Source: Deltaproteobacteria bacterium
GTDB taxonomy: Bacteria; Myxococcota; Kuafuiibacteriia; Kuafuiibacteriales; Kuafuiibacteriaceae
Length of the DNA: 64,000 nucleotides
Direction: 5' to 3'
Assembly: GCA_040218735.1 (NCBI GenBank)
Contig: JAVJQW010000057.1
Location: 160,001-224,000 of the forward strand
How positions within the stretch are numbered: the stretch's first letter is position 1; every line of letters begins with the position of its first letter. Below are positions 10,552 through 20,300 of this stretch, in pieces. The position numbers were made by a program, and so were the translations under genes. Below the pieces are notes generated by a model, which saw only the letters and a program-made list of their open reading frames with translations, made no database searches and had not been told where the DNA came from.

Positions 10552-13500
10552 GGCTTCACCTTCCTCACCCACGCCTGCCAGTTCTCGACGTCCTCGGGCA
10601 TCCGCGTCCCTTCGATCACCACGAGGCGGGGATCCGTCAGCGCCAACAGATCCTGAGGCAGACGCGACAGCCGCAGCGGACGCCCGTACGCGTCGTCGAC
10701 CCGCTCACCTCTCGCCTGCACGGCGTCGCGCGCCGAGACAAACAGCTCCGCCATCCGCTTCGGCGTCATCATCTCCTCCTTGGGCGCCGCCTCCTCCCAC
10801 TTGCGCACCTGCGCGTGGAGCTCGAGCAGCACCGCGTAGAAGTGATCCGTGAGCGGCGCGATCGGGTCGAACGTCGTCGAGCCGTTCGCGCTCGTGAACA
10901 CGTCGCTCTCCGCGGGCGACGGGATGTTCGTCACCTTCAGCACCGTCGCCTCGATCGCGTTCTTCCCGCGGATACGCCCCATCGTCAGCGCCTTCGCGTC
11001 GAGCGCACCGAACGCCGCGCCGTTCATCTGCGGCAGGTCCCGTAGCGACGCCATGTCACTCGGCCCGGGCAGCGACACGAGCTGTCCGAGCGACTCGTCC
11101 ACACCGATCAAACCCACCGCAGCCGGCGTCCCGGTCTTGCCCGCGTTCGTCTGAATCGCGAGCGTCGCCGTCTCGCCCGGGCGGTACTTCGGTTTGTCCG
11201 GCGTGACGGACACCGACAGCTCGGCGTCGTCCTGGACATAAACCAGCGCACGTCCGCCGCCCCAGCTCGCTTCGAACCAGCCCTCGGCGTCCGCGGGGAG
11301 CGTGAAGCTCGCACGTTTCTTCTCGCGATCGACCTCGGTCTCCAGGTTGTGCACCGCGCTCCGCAGCCAGATCTTCTTCGGCAGCTCACCGACGAACGAA
11401 GGCCCGCGCAAGAAGCTCAGCTCCACCGCGTCGCCCGGCTTCGCGATGGTCGGCGTCGCGCGGATGCGGAACGACGGCACCGTCCCCGGCCGACGCCGCA
11501 GCGTCGTCTCGCCGATCTTCTCGCCGTCCTTGGTCTCGGCCGACACCGCCAGCTCGTACCCGAGGAACGTCGTCGGCCCGGGCTGGTTCACCTCGATCGA
11601 CGCACGCGGCCGAATCGACAACCGCGCGTAGCCGAAGTGCGGTGTCGCCGCGAGCTGCTGAACGCGATCGCGATCCGCGTCGAGGCTCGCCGCCGAGAAC
11701 CGCGCCTCGATACAGGACTGCACCCCGCGCGCGGGACGCAGGCCCGAGAACTTCGGGTCTGCGCCGAAGCGCACCGCGAGCCGACCGTTGGCACCGATCG
11801 CCCACCGCAACAAACGCGGCCACTTCGAGCCCGACCGCAGGTCCGGCGACAGGCAACGACGTGCGTTCAACGCCGCGCGCGCCAACGCGACCGACACCTC
11901 GCTCGGCACCTCCGGCATCCCGTCCGCGTCGACCTCGACGGACGGCAGGTCCGCGTTGAGCGTCACCGAGATCCGGTAGAGGCGCTCCGTCCCGCGCGGG
12001 AGCCCCTTGCCTCCGAGCTGCTTCGCGAGGCAACGCGCCGCGGGCGCATCACCGCTCGACACCCCGTTGATGCGCCCCGTGGGCTCGACCGAGAGCCCCA
12101 GCTGGAACGTGTCGCTCGACCCCGACACGAGGTGCGCGCAGTCGCCGAAGCCGTCCTTCCAGCGGCTGATCATCGTCTGGTCCGCGAGCACGTAGCCGCC
12201 GTCGATCATCTCCGTGATCGAGTCGATCACCGCCGGCGCCGGACGCGGCGGCGGTCGCACCGGCATCGCCGGCACCACGACGTTCACCGGCGAACCAGGA
12301 TCGATCTGCAGCGAGCCGACGCCGTCCTCGTCCGCCTCGACCGTAACGCCCTCGTCCGTCGTGTCCCACGCACGCTTCACGTTCAGCTTCACCCCCGCGA
12401 GCGGGGTGCCGGCCGGCGTCGTCGCGCGCAGGTACACGCGGTTGTTGAACCCGCCGACCAACCCGTCCGCGAGCTCCGTGACCACGTCGACCGCGATGCC
12501 GTCCTCGCTGAACAACAGCGACGTCGCTCCGTCGACTCGATCCCCCGACGCGTCCGTCGCGCCGAGGCTCGCCGAGACGTTCAGCGTGCCCATCAGCCGC
12601 GCCGGCACCGCGGGGAGCGTGACGTCGAACGTGCCCTGGGCATCCGCGACGAGTGACTTGGGCAACGCCGCGACCCACGTGCGCGGCGGCGGCCACTCGC
12701 CGTTCACGCGCCAGTGCAACGTGACCCGCGCGCCCGACACCGGCGCGCCGGACGAGTACCGCACGGTGCCGCGCAGCTTCGGGACGTCGTTGGGTCGGTA
12801 GAACGGACGGTTCGGCGTCGCCGACACCGAGAAGCGCGGGAGCTGGAAGGGCGCGACGCGAACCGAGACCTCGCCGTTCGCGGAGCCCGACACCCACCGC
12901 ACGCGCCACGCACCCGTCGGCGCGCCCGCGTCCAGCGGGAGGCTCCCGCTCGCGACGCCGAACGCACCCGCCTCCGCCTTCTCCTCCAAGACGAGCGTGC
13001 CCGTCGGGTCGTAGACCTCGAAGCGCCCCGGGCGTCCGTCGAGCGGCGCGAGGTCGCGCGCGCGGAGCACCGTGGCGCGGAAGTGGATCGTGTTGCCCGG
13101 CTCGTAGAGCGGGCGGTCGGTGATGACGTGGATCTTCGCCGGCGCGTACACCGCGAGCGGCACCGCGAGCTGGTGCTCGCCGAGGGGGGTCTGCACCGTC
13201 GCGCGGAGCTTGTAGTCGCCGTCGCCGAGGTCCTTCGGGAGCACGATCTGTCCGGCCACGGCGTCCCCGTCGTCCTTCCACCCCTCCTTGGGTTCGAGGG
13301 GGGTCGCCGCGTCACCGTCGAGCAGCTCGAGGCGCGCGGTGATCCGGGACAGCGACGCCGTGCGGATCTCGTCCGCCGGCCCCGTCGTGTAGTAGCCGTA
13401 CGCACCGACCTGCACCTGCCCGGGGGTCCCGCGGCGCAGGCCGTACGCGTCGATGCGCACCCCGCCGAGGACGTCCCCGCTGGGGCACTGCTCGACCGCC

Positions 13501-13610
13501 ATCCCGTACTTGAGGTAGGCGCTGATGCAGACGACGTTGCTGATGATCAGCAGCGCGATGAGCGCGACAGCGGCGCCCAGACCGAGCAGGACCTTCTTGG
13601 CTCGACTCAT
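10548..13610 (-). CDS. MG2-domain (alpha-2-macroglobulin N-terminal half) protein with N-terminal TM anchor
   Basis: ITDRPLYEPGNTIHFR (MG2), F.LPRFSV, TPDKPKYRPGETATL..VGLIGVDESL. Start set to ATG 13610. Confidence 0.82.
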   Translation of the reverse strand: MSRAKKVLLGLGAAVALIALLIISNVVCISAYLKYGMAVEQCPSGDVLGGVRIDAYGLRRGTPGQVQVGAYGYYTTGPADEIRTASLSRITARLELLDGDAATPLEPKEGWKDDGDAVAGQIVLPKDLGDGDYKLRATVQTPLGEHQLAVPLAVYAPAKIHVITDRPLYEPGNTIHFRATVLRARDLAPLDGRPGRFEVYDPTGTLVLEEKAEAGAFGVASGSLPLDAGAPTGAWRVRWVSGSANGEVSVRVAPFQLPRFSVSATPNRPFYRPNDVPKLRGTVRYSSGAPVSGARVTLHWRVNGEWPPPRTWVAALPKSLVADAQGTFDVTLPAVPARLMGTLNVSASLGATDASGDRVDGATSLLFSEDGIAVDVVTELADGLVGGFNNRVYLRATTPAGTPLAGVKLNVKRAWDTTDEGVTVEADEDGVGSLQIDPGSPVNVVVPAMPVRPPPRPAPAVIDSITEMIDGGYVLADQTMISRWKDGFGDCAHLVSGSSDTFQLGLSVEPTGRINGVSSGDAPAARCLAKQLGGKGLPRGTERLYRISVTLNADLPSVEVDADGMPEVPSEVSVALARAALNARRCLSPDLRSGSKWPRLLRWAIGANGRLAVRFGADPKFSGLRPARGVQSCIEARFSAASLDADRDRVQQLAATPHFGYARLSIRPRASIEVNQPGPTTFLGYELAVSAETKDGEKIGETTLRRRPGTVPSFRIRATPTIAKPGDAVELSFLRGPSFVGELPKKIWLRSAVHNLETEVDREKKRASFTLPADAEGWFEASWGGGRALVYVQDDAELSVSVTPDKPKYRPGETATLAIQTNAGKTGTPAAVGLIGVDESLGQLVSLPGPSDMASLRDLPQMNGAAFGALDAKALTMGRIRGKNAIEATVLKVTNIPSPAESDVFTSANGSTTFDPIAPLTDHFYAVLLELHAQVRKWEEAAPKEEMMTPKRMAELFVSARDAVQARGERVDDAYGRPLRLSRLPQDLLALTDPRLVVIEGTRMPEDVENWQAWVRKVKP

Positions 13611-13682
13611 GGCGCGCGCATCATAGGACCGCTTCGGGGACAACGCGAACGTGCCCCCGGAGTCTGGCGCGCAGAGTGGGTC

Positions 13683-14297
13683 TTAGTCGTCGTCGAAGAC
13701 GATCTCGAAGCCGTTGTTCCCGATGAAGATGACCGTGTCGCTCTCATCCGGGATCTTGAACGCGTGCACGTCCTTTTCGGTCTTCTCGATCGCCTCACCC
13801 GGGCCGTACCGCGTCCCGTCGTCGTCGATCATCGCGCCGACCAGGATGTAGTTCACCTCGAACCCGTGGTGTTTGTGGCGCGGGAACTCGAGCCCGGCCG
13901 GGAGCGTCACGAAGCCGACGTCGGCCGCGCAGGCCGCCGGCCCGCCGTCGAAGTGGATGAGCTTGATGCCCGGGAACGGACCGTCTTCCCACTCCCCGTC
14001 GATCTTCTTGAACAGCTCGCGGACCTTCTCGACCGCGAGATCCGCGTAACGGGCGACGTCCGCCGCGAACGGGAGGAAGCGATCGCTCCCCGCCACGCTC
14101 TTCATCAGCCGCGCCTTGACGTCCGTCTCGGGCGCGACCGGTGCGAGCGCCATCGGCAGCGTCGTGAACGCGTCGTTGGCGTCCGCGACCTCCTTGGCGA
14201 GATCCGGCGACTGCTCGAGCTCTGCCTCGAACGCCTTCGTCTCCTCTTCGGAGAGCGCGCCCAGGACGTACTCGTACACGAGGTCGTGCGCGTTCAT
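13683..14297 (-). CDS. Anti-sigma factor with C-terminal ChrR-like cupin domain
   Basis: N-terminal YVLGALSEEE..FEAEL anti-sigma domain and cupin FPRHKHHGFE..L.G...H; coupled to the ECF sigma gene (ATGA overlap). Confidence 0.8.
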   Translation of the reverse strand: MNAHDLVYEYVLGALSEEETKAFEAELEQSPDLAKEVADANDAFTTLPMALAPVAPETDVKARLMKSVAGSDRFLPFAADVARYADLAVEKVRELFKKIDGEWEDGPFPGIKLIHFDGGPAACAADVGFVTLPAGLEFPRHKHHGFEVNYILVGAMIDDDGTRYGPGEAIEKTEKDVHAFKIPDESDTVIFIGNNGFEIVFDDD

Positions 14298-14884
14298 GCC
14301 ACACCCCCTTCGTCATCGATCAGCGCGGTCCTCAGCTGCGCGAGCCCACGCGCGACGCGGGACTTCACCGTCCCGATCGGAATGTCGACGTGCTTCGCGA
14401 TCTCCGAAGACGTCATGCCCTGGAAGTAACCGAGCTCCAGCACGGTGCGCTGGTCGGAGGGGAGCGCCGCGAGGGCGGCCCGCACCGTTCGCCGGTCGGG
14501 CGCGACCGACGGATCCTCTTCGCTCACTCCGTCCATGGCGCCGCCCTGCTCGTCCAGTACGACACGGGATCGGCCGGCCGAGCGCAAGCGATCCAGGGCG
14601 CGGCTGCGCATCCGCATGCAGAGCCACGCCCGCACCGTTCCGCGTTGGCGATCGTAGGTCTTGGCGGCCCGCCAGGCCTCCAAGAGCACGTCGTGCAGGA
14701 GATCTTCGGCTTCGCGTTGGTTACCGAGGACCCGTGTCCCGAGGGCCAACAACAGGCCCGAGTAGCGGTCGTAGAGGAAACCCAGCGCGGCCTGATCCCC
14801 GCGTCCGAGCGCCCTCACGAGCTCGACGTCGTCGGTGTCCGGACCCAAGTCCGCCCCCGACCGTGCGTCCGACACGCCGGTCAT
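14294..14884 (-). CDS. ECF RNA polymerase sigma-70 factor
   Basis: Region 2 AEDLLHDVLLEAWR..YD..RG...WL and region 4 LP..QR.VLEL.YF.GMT..EIA....P.GTVKSR. Start set to ATG 14884. Confidence 0.92.
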   Translation of the reverse strand: MTGVSDARSGADLGPDTDDVELVRALGRGDQAALGFLYDRYSGLLLALGTRVLGNQREAEDLLHDVLLEAWRAAKTYDRQRGTVRAWLCMRMRSRALDRLRSAGRSRVVLDEQGGAMDGVSEEDPSVAPDRRTVRAALAALPSDQRTVLELGYFQGMTSSEIAKHVDIPIGTVKSRVARGLAQLRTALIDDEGGVA

Positions 14885-15032
14885 GGGCGGAACGTAGCAG
14901 CGCCCTGAACGCTGCGCCAGCCCGAGTGCAAGGGTCGTCCCCAACACGGGTGAGCTGTAGGTAACAACATGCATCGAGTTGCCGTCATGAGCAGTACGTC
15001 TCCCAGGCTGATGAGGATCACGAGCCTTACGA

Positions 15033-16043
15033 TTATTCGGGGGAGGCGGGGGCAACCTCGGATACGATTTCTTCGCACAACGTCCCGAGCCAAGCGTCTA
15101 TGCCCGGAGCGGCCACAATCCGCGGTATCGCGGGCCACGTGGACGCCGCCCAGGCCGCGTACGGCGGGCGCTCGGTGATGCCGCAAGCCTCGAACGCGTC
15201 TCGCAACGAACCACCGCCGAAGCGCTCGAAGATCCGATCCGCCGTCGCGTCGATGATCGCGCCGGTCTCCTCGGCGGCCGCGACGTGCCGGGCGATCAGC
15301 TCCGCGATCGCGTCGATCTCCGCGACTGCGGCGTCGTCGAGCGGACCGACGTGGAACGCGGCCGAGTGGTCCAGCACGAACCCGACGAGCTCTTTCTTCG
15401 CCTGTGCGGCGGAGGGCCCGTCGATGTGATCGACCGTGAACCTCGCCGCGCCGTCCAAGGCGCGCCGGGTGCCCTTCTCCAGGAACCGTTTGATCTCTCC
15501 CTCGAGGCGACGCTCGACCTCCTCGAACACCCGCCCCCCGACGCCGCCCGTCGCCTTCCCCCCGAGCTTGGCGAGCTTGCCGAGCGGCGAAGGCATCACG
15601 GACTGCACGATGCGCGGCACGATCGTGGAGAAGTCGCGGAGCGACCGGTAGAGCGTGTCGGCGACCAGCTCCTCCATCGCCTTTTGGGCGTACAGCGCCT
15701 GAACCCACTCCGGCGCGACCCAGCCGGGCCGAGCCGCGAGTGTCTCGATGCGGCCGCGGGCCTCCTTCGGCACCCACCGCCCGAGCGGCGCCTGGTCCTC
15801 GCGGGCGTGGGCGAGGATCAGCGGGATCACCAGCTTCGCGCTCGGACGCACCAGATCCACGAGGCGATCACTCTGCACCAGCGCGCGCGCGGCCTCGCGC
15901 CCCGCCGCGTCCGGGACGACCTCGGCGAACGGGCTGTCGAGGAGCGCCTCGAAGCCGGCTTCGAGGAGGCCCGCCCAGTCGGCCTCGGCCCGATCGTCCG
16001 TCAACCGCGCGACCAACCAGTTCTTGAGGGCATGTCCGTCCAC
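15033..16043 (-). CDS. Hypothetical alpha-helical protein
   Basis: 336-aa protein-like ORF; no motif recognised. Confidence 0.7.
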   Translation of the reverse strand: MDGHALKNWLVARLTDDRAEADWAGLLEAGFEALLDSPFAEVVPDAAGREAARALVQSDRLVDLVRPSAKLVIPLILAHAREDQAPLGRWVPKEARGRIETLAARPGWVAPEWVQALYAQKAMEELVADTLYRSLRDFSTIVPRIVQSVMPSPLGKLAKLGGKATGGVGGRVFEEVERRLEGEIKRFLEKGTRRALDGAARFTVDHIDGPSAAQAKKELVGFVLDHSAAFHVGPLDDAAVAEIDAIAELIARHVAAAEETGAIIDATADRIFERFGGGSLRDAFEACGITERPPYAAWAASTWPAIPRIVAAPGIDAWLGTLCEEIVSEVAPASPE

Positions 16044-16094
16044 GTGCGCTCTCTATGTTTTGGGCACGGAGGGTGACAAGCTCTCACCCGCTCG

Positions 16095-17306
16095 ATGTTC
16101 GGCCCGCTGGCGTTGTCCCTGCTCGTCGCGCAAACCGCGACCACCACGATCACCTCCAGCACCGCGACGGTCGCCGCCGCACCGCGCCGCGCGCCGCCGG
16201 TGCACATCGAGCTGCCCGCGACCGGGCCGGCGATCGAGCTGATCATCTTCTCGGCGGGCCCCGAGCTGTACTCGTTCTGGGGGCACGCGGCGATCCGGGT
16301 GATCGAGCCGTCGGGCCTCGACGTCGTCTACAACTTCGGGAGCGTCGACTTCTCGGGGAACTTCCTGCTGCGGTTGCTCCGCGGGGAGGTCGAGGCGTTC
16401 GTCAGCGTGACGCCGACGCGCCGTACGCTCGAGGCGTACCGGCGCGAGGACCGATCGATCGTGCGCCGCCGCCTGGCGCTCGACGCCAAGGCTCGGCGGG
16501 AGTTGGCGGAGCGTCTGCGCGCGTACGTCGACGAAAGCGGCGGCAAGTACCGCTACCACCACTTCGTCGACAACTGCTCGACGCGGGTCGCGCTGGAGAT
16601 CGACCGGGCGTTCGACGGCGCCCTGTCTCAGGCCGTCGCGAAGGTCGAGGACCAGACCTACCGCGAGCGTGCGCTCGCGATGGTCCGGCCGAGCACCGTC
16701 CTCTACGTGTTCCTCGACATCGTCATGACGTCGGTCATCGACCGGCCGATCGACCGCTGGGAGGCGTCGTTCCTCCCCCACGTCCTCGCGACGGCGGTGG
16801 ACGAGGCGAAGGTCGACGGGCGCCCGGTCGTGGAGGAGAAGGTCCTGTTCCACAAGGGCGGCGTCGGGAACACGGAGGCCCCCTGGCCGTGGATCAAGAT
16901 CTACCTGTTGTTCGTGCTCCCGCTGGCGGCCCTCACGTACTGGCGGCCGCGCCCGGGCGCGATCGTCGCGGGGTTGGTGTTCGGGCTCCTCGGCGTCGCG
17001 ATCATGATGCTGTGGTTCCTGACGACCTACGACTTCGTGAAGAGCAACGTGAACCTCGCGCTGTTCCCGCCGACCCACCTCGCGCTCTTCTTCGCCGCGC
17101 TGAAGGCGGATCGCTTCCGACGACACGGCCGCACGGTGCGCCTCTATGTATGGGCGCACTTGCTGGTGGTCATCGCGCTCGCCGTGGTCGACGCCGCCGG
17201 GCTCTTGTCCCAGGCGATCGGCCCCGCGCTCGGGATGGCGCTCCCGATCTCTGCGGTCCTCGCGGTGGAGGTCCGGCGGATGGGCGGGGATTCCGCCCGG
17301 CGTTGA
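16095..17306 (+). CDS. DUF4105 / Lnb-like lipoprotein N-acyltransferase domain membrane protein
   Basis: Signal peptide; G.ELYS.WGH.AIR, YNFG, YRY....DNCSTR; 4-5 C-terminal TM helices. Confidence 0.8.
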   Translation: MFGPLALSLLVAQTATTTITSSTATVAAAPRRAPPVHIELPATGPAIELIIFSAGPELYSFWGHAAIRVIEPSGLDVVYNFGSVDFSGNFLLRLLRGEVEAFVSVTPTRRTLEAYRREDRSIVRRRLALDAKARRELAERLRAYVDESGGKYRYHHFVDNCSTRVALEIDRAFDGALSQAVAKVEDQTYRERALAMVRPSTVLYVFLDIVMTSVIDRPIDRWEASFLPHVLATAVDEAKVDGRPVVEEKVLFHKGGVGNTEAPWPWIKIYLLFVLPLAALTYWRPRPGAIVAGLVFGLLGVAIMMLWFLTTYDFVKSNVNLALFPPTHLALFFAALKADRFRRHGRTVRLYVWAHLLVVIALAVVDAAGLLSQAIGPALGMALPISAVLAVEVRRMGGDSARR

Positions 17307-17374
17307 CCGGTGGGCTACGAGGCCGCAAGCCCCGTCCTGGCCTACCTGAGCGCGAGATCGTACGCTTCCGGCCG

Positions 17375-20300
17375 GTGACGGCTCGACTCCTGCTCGTGGC
17401 GTGGGCCCTCGCGGCCGGTGGGTGTGTGTCCGCAGGCGCCCGTGCCTACTCCGCGGGCCAGGCCGCCCAGCGCGCGGGGGACCTCGACGCGGCGTTCGAC
17501 CACTACGCCGAGGCCCACCGCTCGGACCCCTCCGATCCGAGCTACCGCAGCGCCTTCGAGTCGACGCAAGCATCGCTCTTGGCGCAGCTCACCGCCCGCG
17601 GCGAGGCCCGCGAGCAGGCCGAGGAGTGGACCCTCGCCGCGACCGAGTGGCGGCGCGCCGCCGAGGTCGCGCCCGACGTGAGCAGCTACGCCGTGCGGCG
17701 GGACCTGTCGGCGCTCAAAGCGGAGGACCCGGGCCCCTACGACTGGTTCGTCGGCGTGAAGAAGGTCGCCGACGCAAACCCCGACGACACGATCGCGTCG
17801 CGCTCCCTCGCCCGCGCCAAGACCCGCGCAGTCGCTGCGCTCATGAAGACCGTCGAGGGCAAGCTGGAAGCCGGCGAGCCCGCCGCGGCGGTGGAGGCGC
17901 TCGACCGCGCGCTCGACGTCGACGAAGTGGCGGTCGATCCGCAGCTCGCAAAACGTGCACGTTCCGCGAAGGCCGAGAAGCTCGGCGACGAAGCGCTGGA
18001 GAAGGACGAGCCGTTCGTCGCGTACGAACACTTCGACCGGGCGCACGCGTACGCGCCCTCTCCCGGGCTGGAGAAGAAACGCAACCTCGCGAAGCGCAAG
18101 GCTGCGCCGATCGTGAAGAAGCTCGACCGTGCGTACGGGCTGAGCCAGCGCGGTCGGCACGCCCGGGCGCTCGTCGTGTACCGGCAGGTCGCCGAGATGA
18201 ACGGGGCACCGCCGTCCGTCGCCGAGCAGATCGCCGAGGTCGAAAAGGCGCTGATCGCCGCGGAGACGGAGAAGGCGGTGAAGCAGGCGGAGCGCGGGCG
18301 GATGTCGAGCGCTCGGCGGGCGATGCACCGGGCGATCGACGTCGCGAAGCTCGACGACGAGACGAAGACCACCGTGAAGGACGCCACGACGGACCTCACG
18401 TCGGACCGCGTCGCGGCCGGGTTGGACAAACTCGGCAAGGTGGAGCTCGTTGCGCAAGATCCCTTGCAGCTCGCGCTCGAGAAAATCGCGCACTTCGGTG
18501 TGGCGCGCGCGGTGAAGCGCGCGCAGGACATCTCGCTGAGAAACCCCGCGAAGGCGCTGGCGTTGGTCGCGGGGCTCGAGGAGTACGCGGACACGTTCCC
18601 GGAGATTCAGCAGCTCTCGCGCTCGCTGAAGGTCGACGCGTTCACCGGCACGTTGGAGGCCGCCTTCGCGGCGGCGCGGCGCGGGGACGATGCGACGGCG
18701 GCGGACACGCTGATCGGCGCGCTGCAGATGAGCGAGGCGCCGCGTTCGCTCGCGGCGCCGATCGAAGAGGCGTGCAAGCTCCTGGAGAAGGGTGACTACC
18801 TCGGCGCCGACGCCGCCTTCGATCGCGCGCTCGTCGTGGCGCCCGGATCGCGCCTCGCGACGTGGGGCATCAAGATCACCGACCACCGTCGGGACGTCGT
18901 CGCGAAGGCGGCGGTGAAGTCGATCGCGCGGGGTCGGGACGACGAGAGCTCCCTCGCGCTGCTCGAGGCGATCGCGAAGACGGAGCCCAACGACGAACAC
19001 GTGAAGGCCGGGCGCGACGCCCTCCTCGCCCGCGCCGCGCAAGAGGCGCAGCGCCAGGACGACGCGGGCTGGGCGGAGCTCGTTCGGCACGCGGCGCGCC
19101 TCACCCCCCTGTCGCCGACGGCGCGCGAAGAGCTCGAAGCGGCCCTCGCCGCGTTCACCGCCGGCGACATGAAGCAGGCGGCGGCGCGCTTCGACACGAT
19201 GAAGACGGCGGCGCCCACGGCGAAGGTCGCGAAGGTGGGCCACACCCACGCGCACCAGCGCGCCGACGAGGAGAAGAGCGCGGCGGAGCGTCGCTCGGAT
19301 CGGCTCGACGATCTGATCACGCAGAGCACGGAGGCGTCGAAGGCCGGCGACGTCCGCAAGGCGCTCCGTACGCTCAAGGCGGCGGTCGCGGTCAGCGTGA
19401 GCGCCGGGCCGTTCAAGCGCGACGTCAACGCGGGCCTCGACCTCATCACCCGCGGCGAGCCGGCGAAGGGCCTGGCGGCCGTGAAGGCGAGCGGGCTGCC
19501 CAAGAAGGATCCGCTGCACGTGCCCTCACGCGCCTACGCGATCGCGACGGCGCGGCGGCTCGTCGACCGTGCGCGTCGCGTCGCGACGAAGTCTCCCGAG
19601 CGGGCCATCGTCATCCTCAAGGCACTCGCCGCCTTCACGCAGGACGTCCCGGAGGTCACGGAGCTGGAGCGCGCCATCGAGGTCGACGCCTTCATGGCCC
19701 AGCTCGACGAAGCCGAGCGCCACGCCGCCGCAGGACGCGACGAACGCGCCGCCGCCGTGCTGACCGACGCCCTGGAGACGAGCCACGCACCGCCGAAGGT
19801 CCGGCGCACGGCGAAGCGCGGCATCGACTACCTCGCCGCGACCGAGTACCTCGCGGCCGAACGGGCCTTCGACGAAGCGCTCGCCGCCGCGCCGCAGTCG
19901 AAGCTCGCGGAGCGCGGCAAGAAGATCGCCGGAATGCGGCGCGCGATCGCGGAGCGCCGCGCGAAGGATGCGCTGGTGAAAGGCCGCGGAGATCCGGCGA
20001 AGGCCGTCGAGACCCTCGAAGCGTCGCTCGGCCTGGAGCCGGACAATGCGTTCGCGGCGGAGGGGGCCCAGGCGCTCCTCGCGCGCGCGACGACGATGGC
20101 CGACGACGCCGAAGACGAGGCGCTCGCGACCGTGCTCGGCTACGCCGCGCGGCTGATGCCGAAGGAGCGGCGCGCGTACGAGCGACTCCTCGAAGGGTTG
20201 TCGAAGCTCTCCAAACACGAACACGCCGGCGCCGAGTCCGCGTTCCGACGGGTGCGGACGATCGATCCGACGAACCCGATCGCCATGCTCGGACAGCAGG

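Noticed and set aside
14985-15035. CTGATGA at 15008-15014 suggesting a hammerhead ribozyme or fluoride riboswitch
   Set aside because: There is no downstream GAAA core or matching stems, and it is antisense to the flanking genes.
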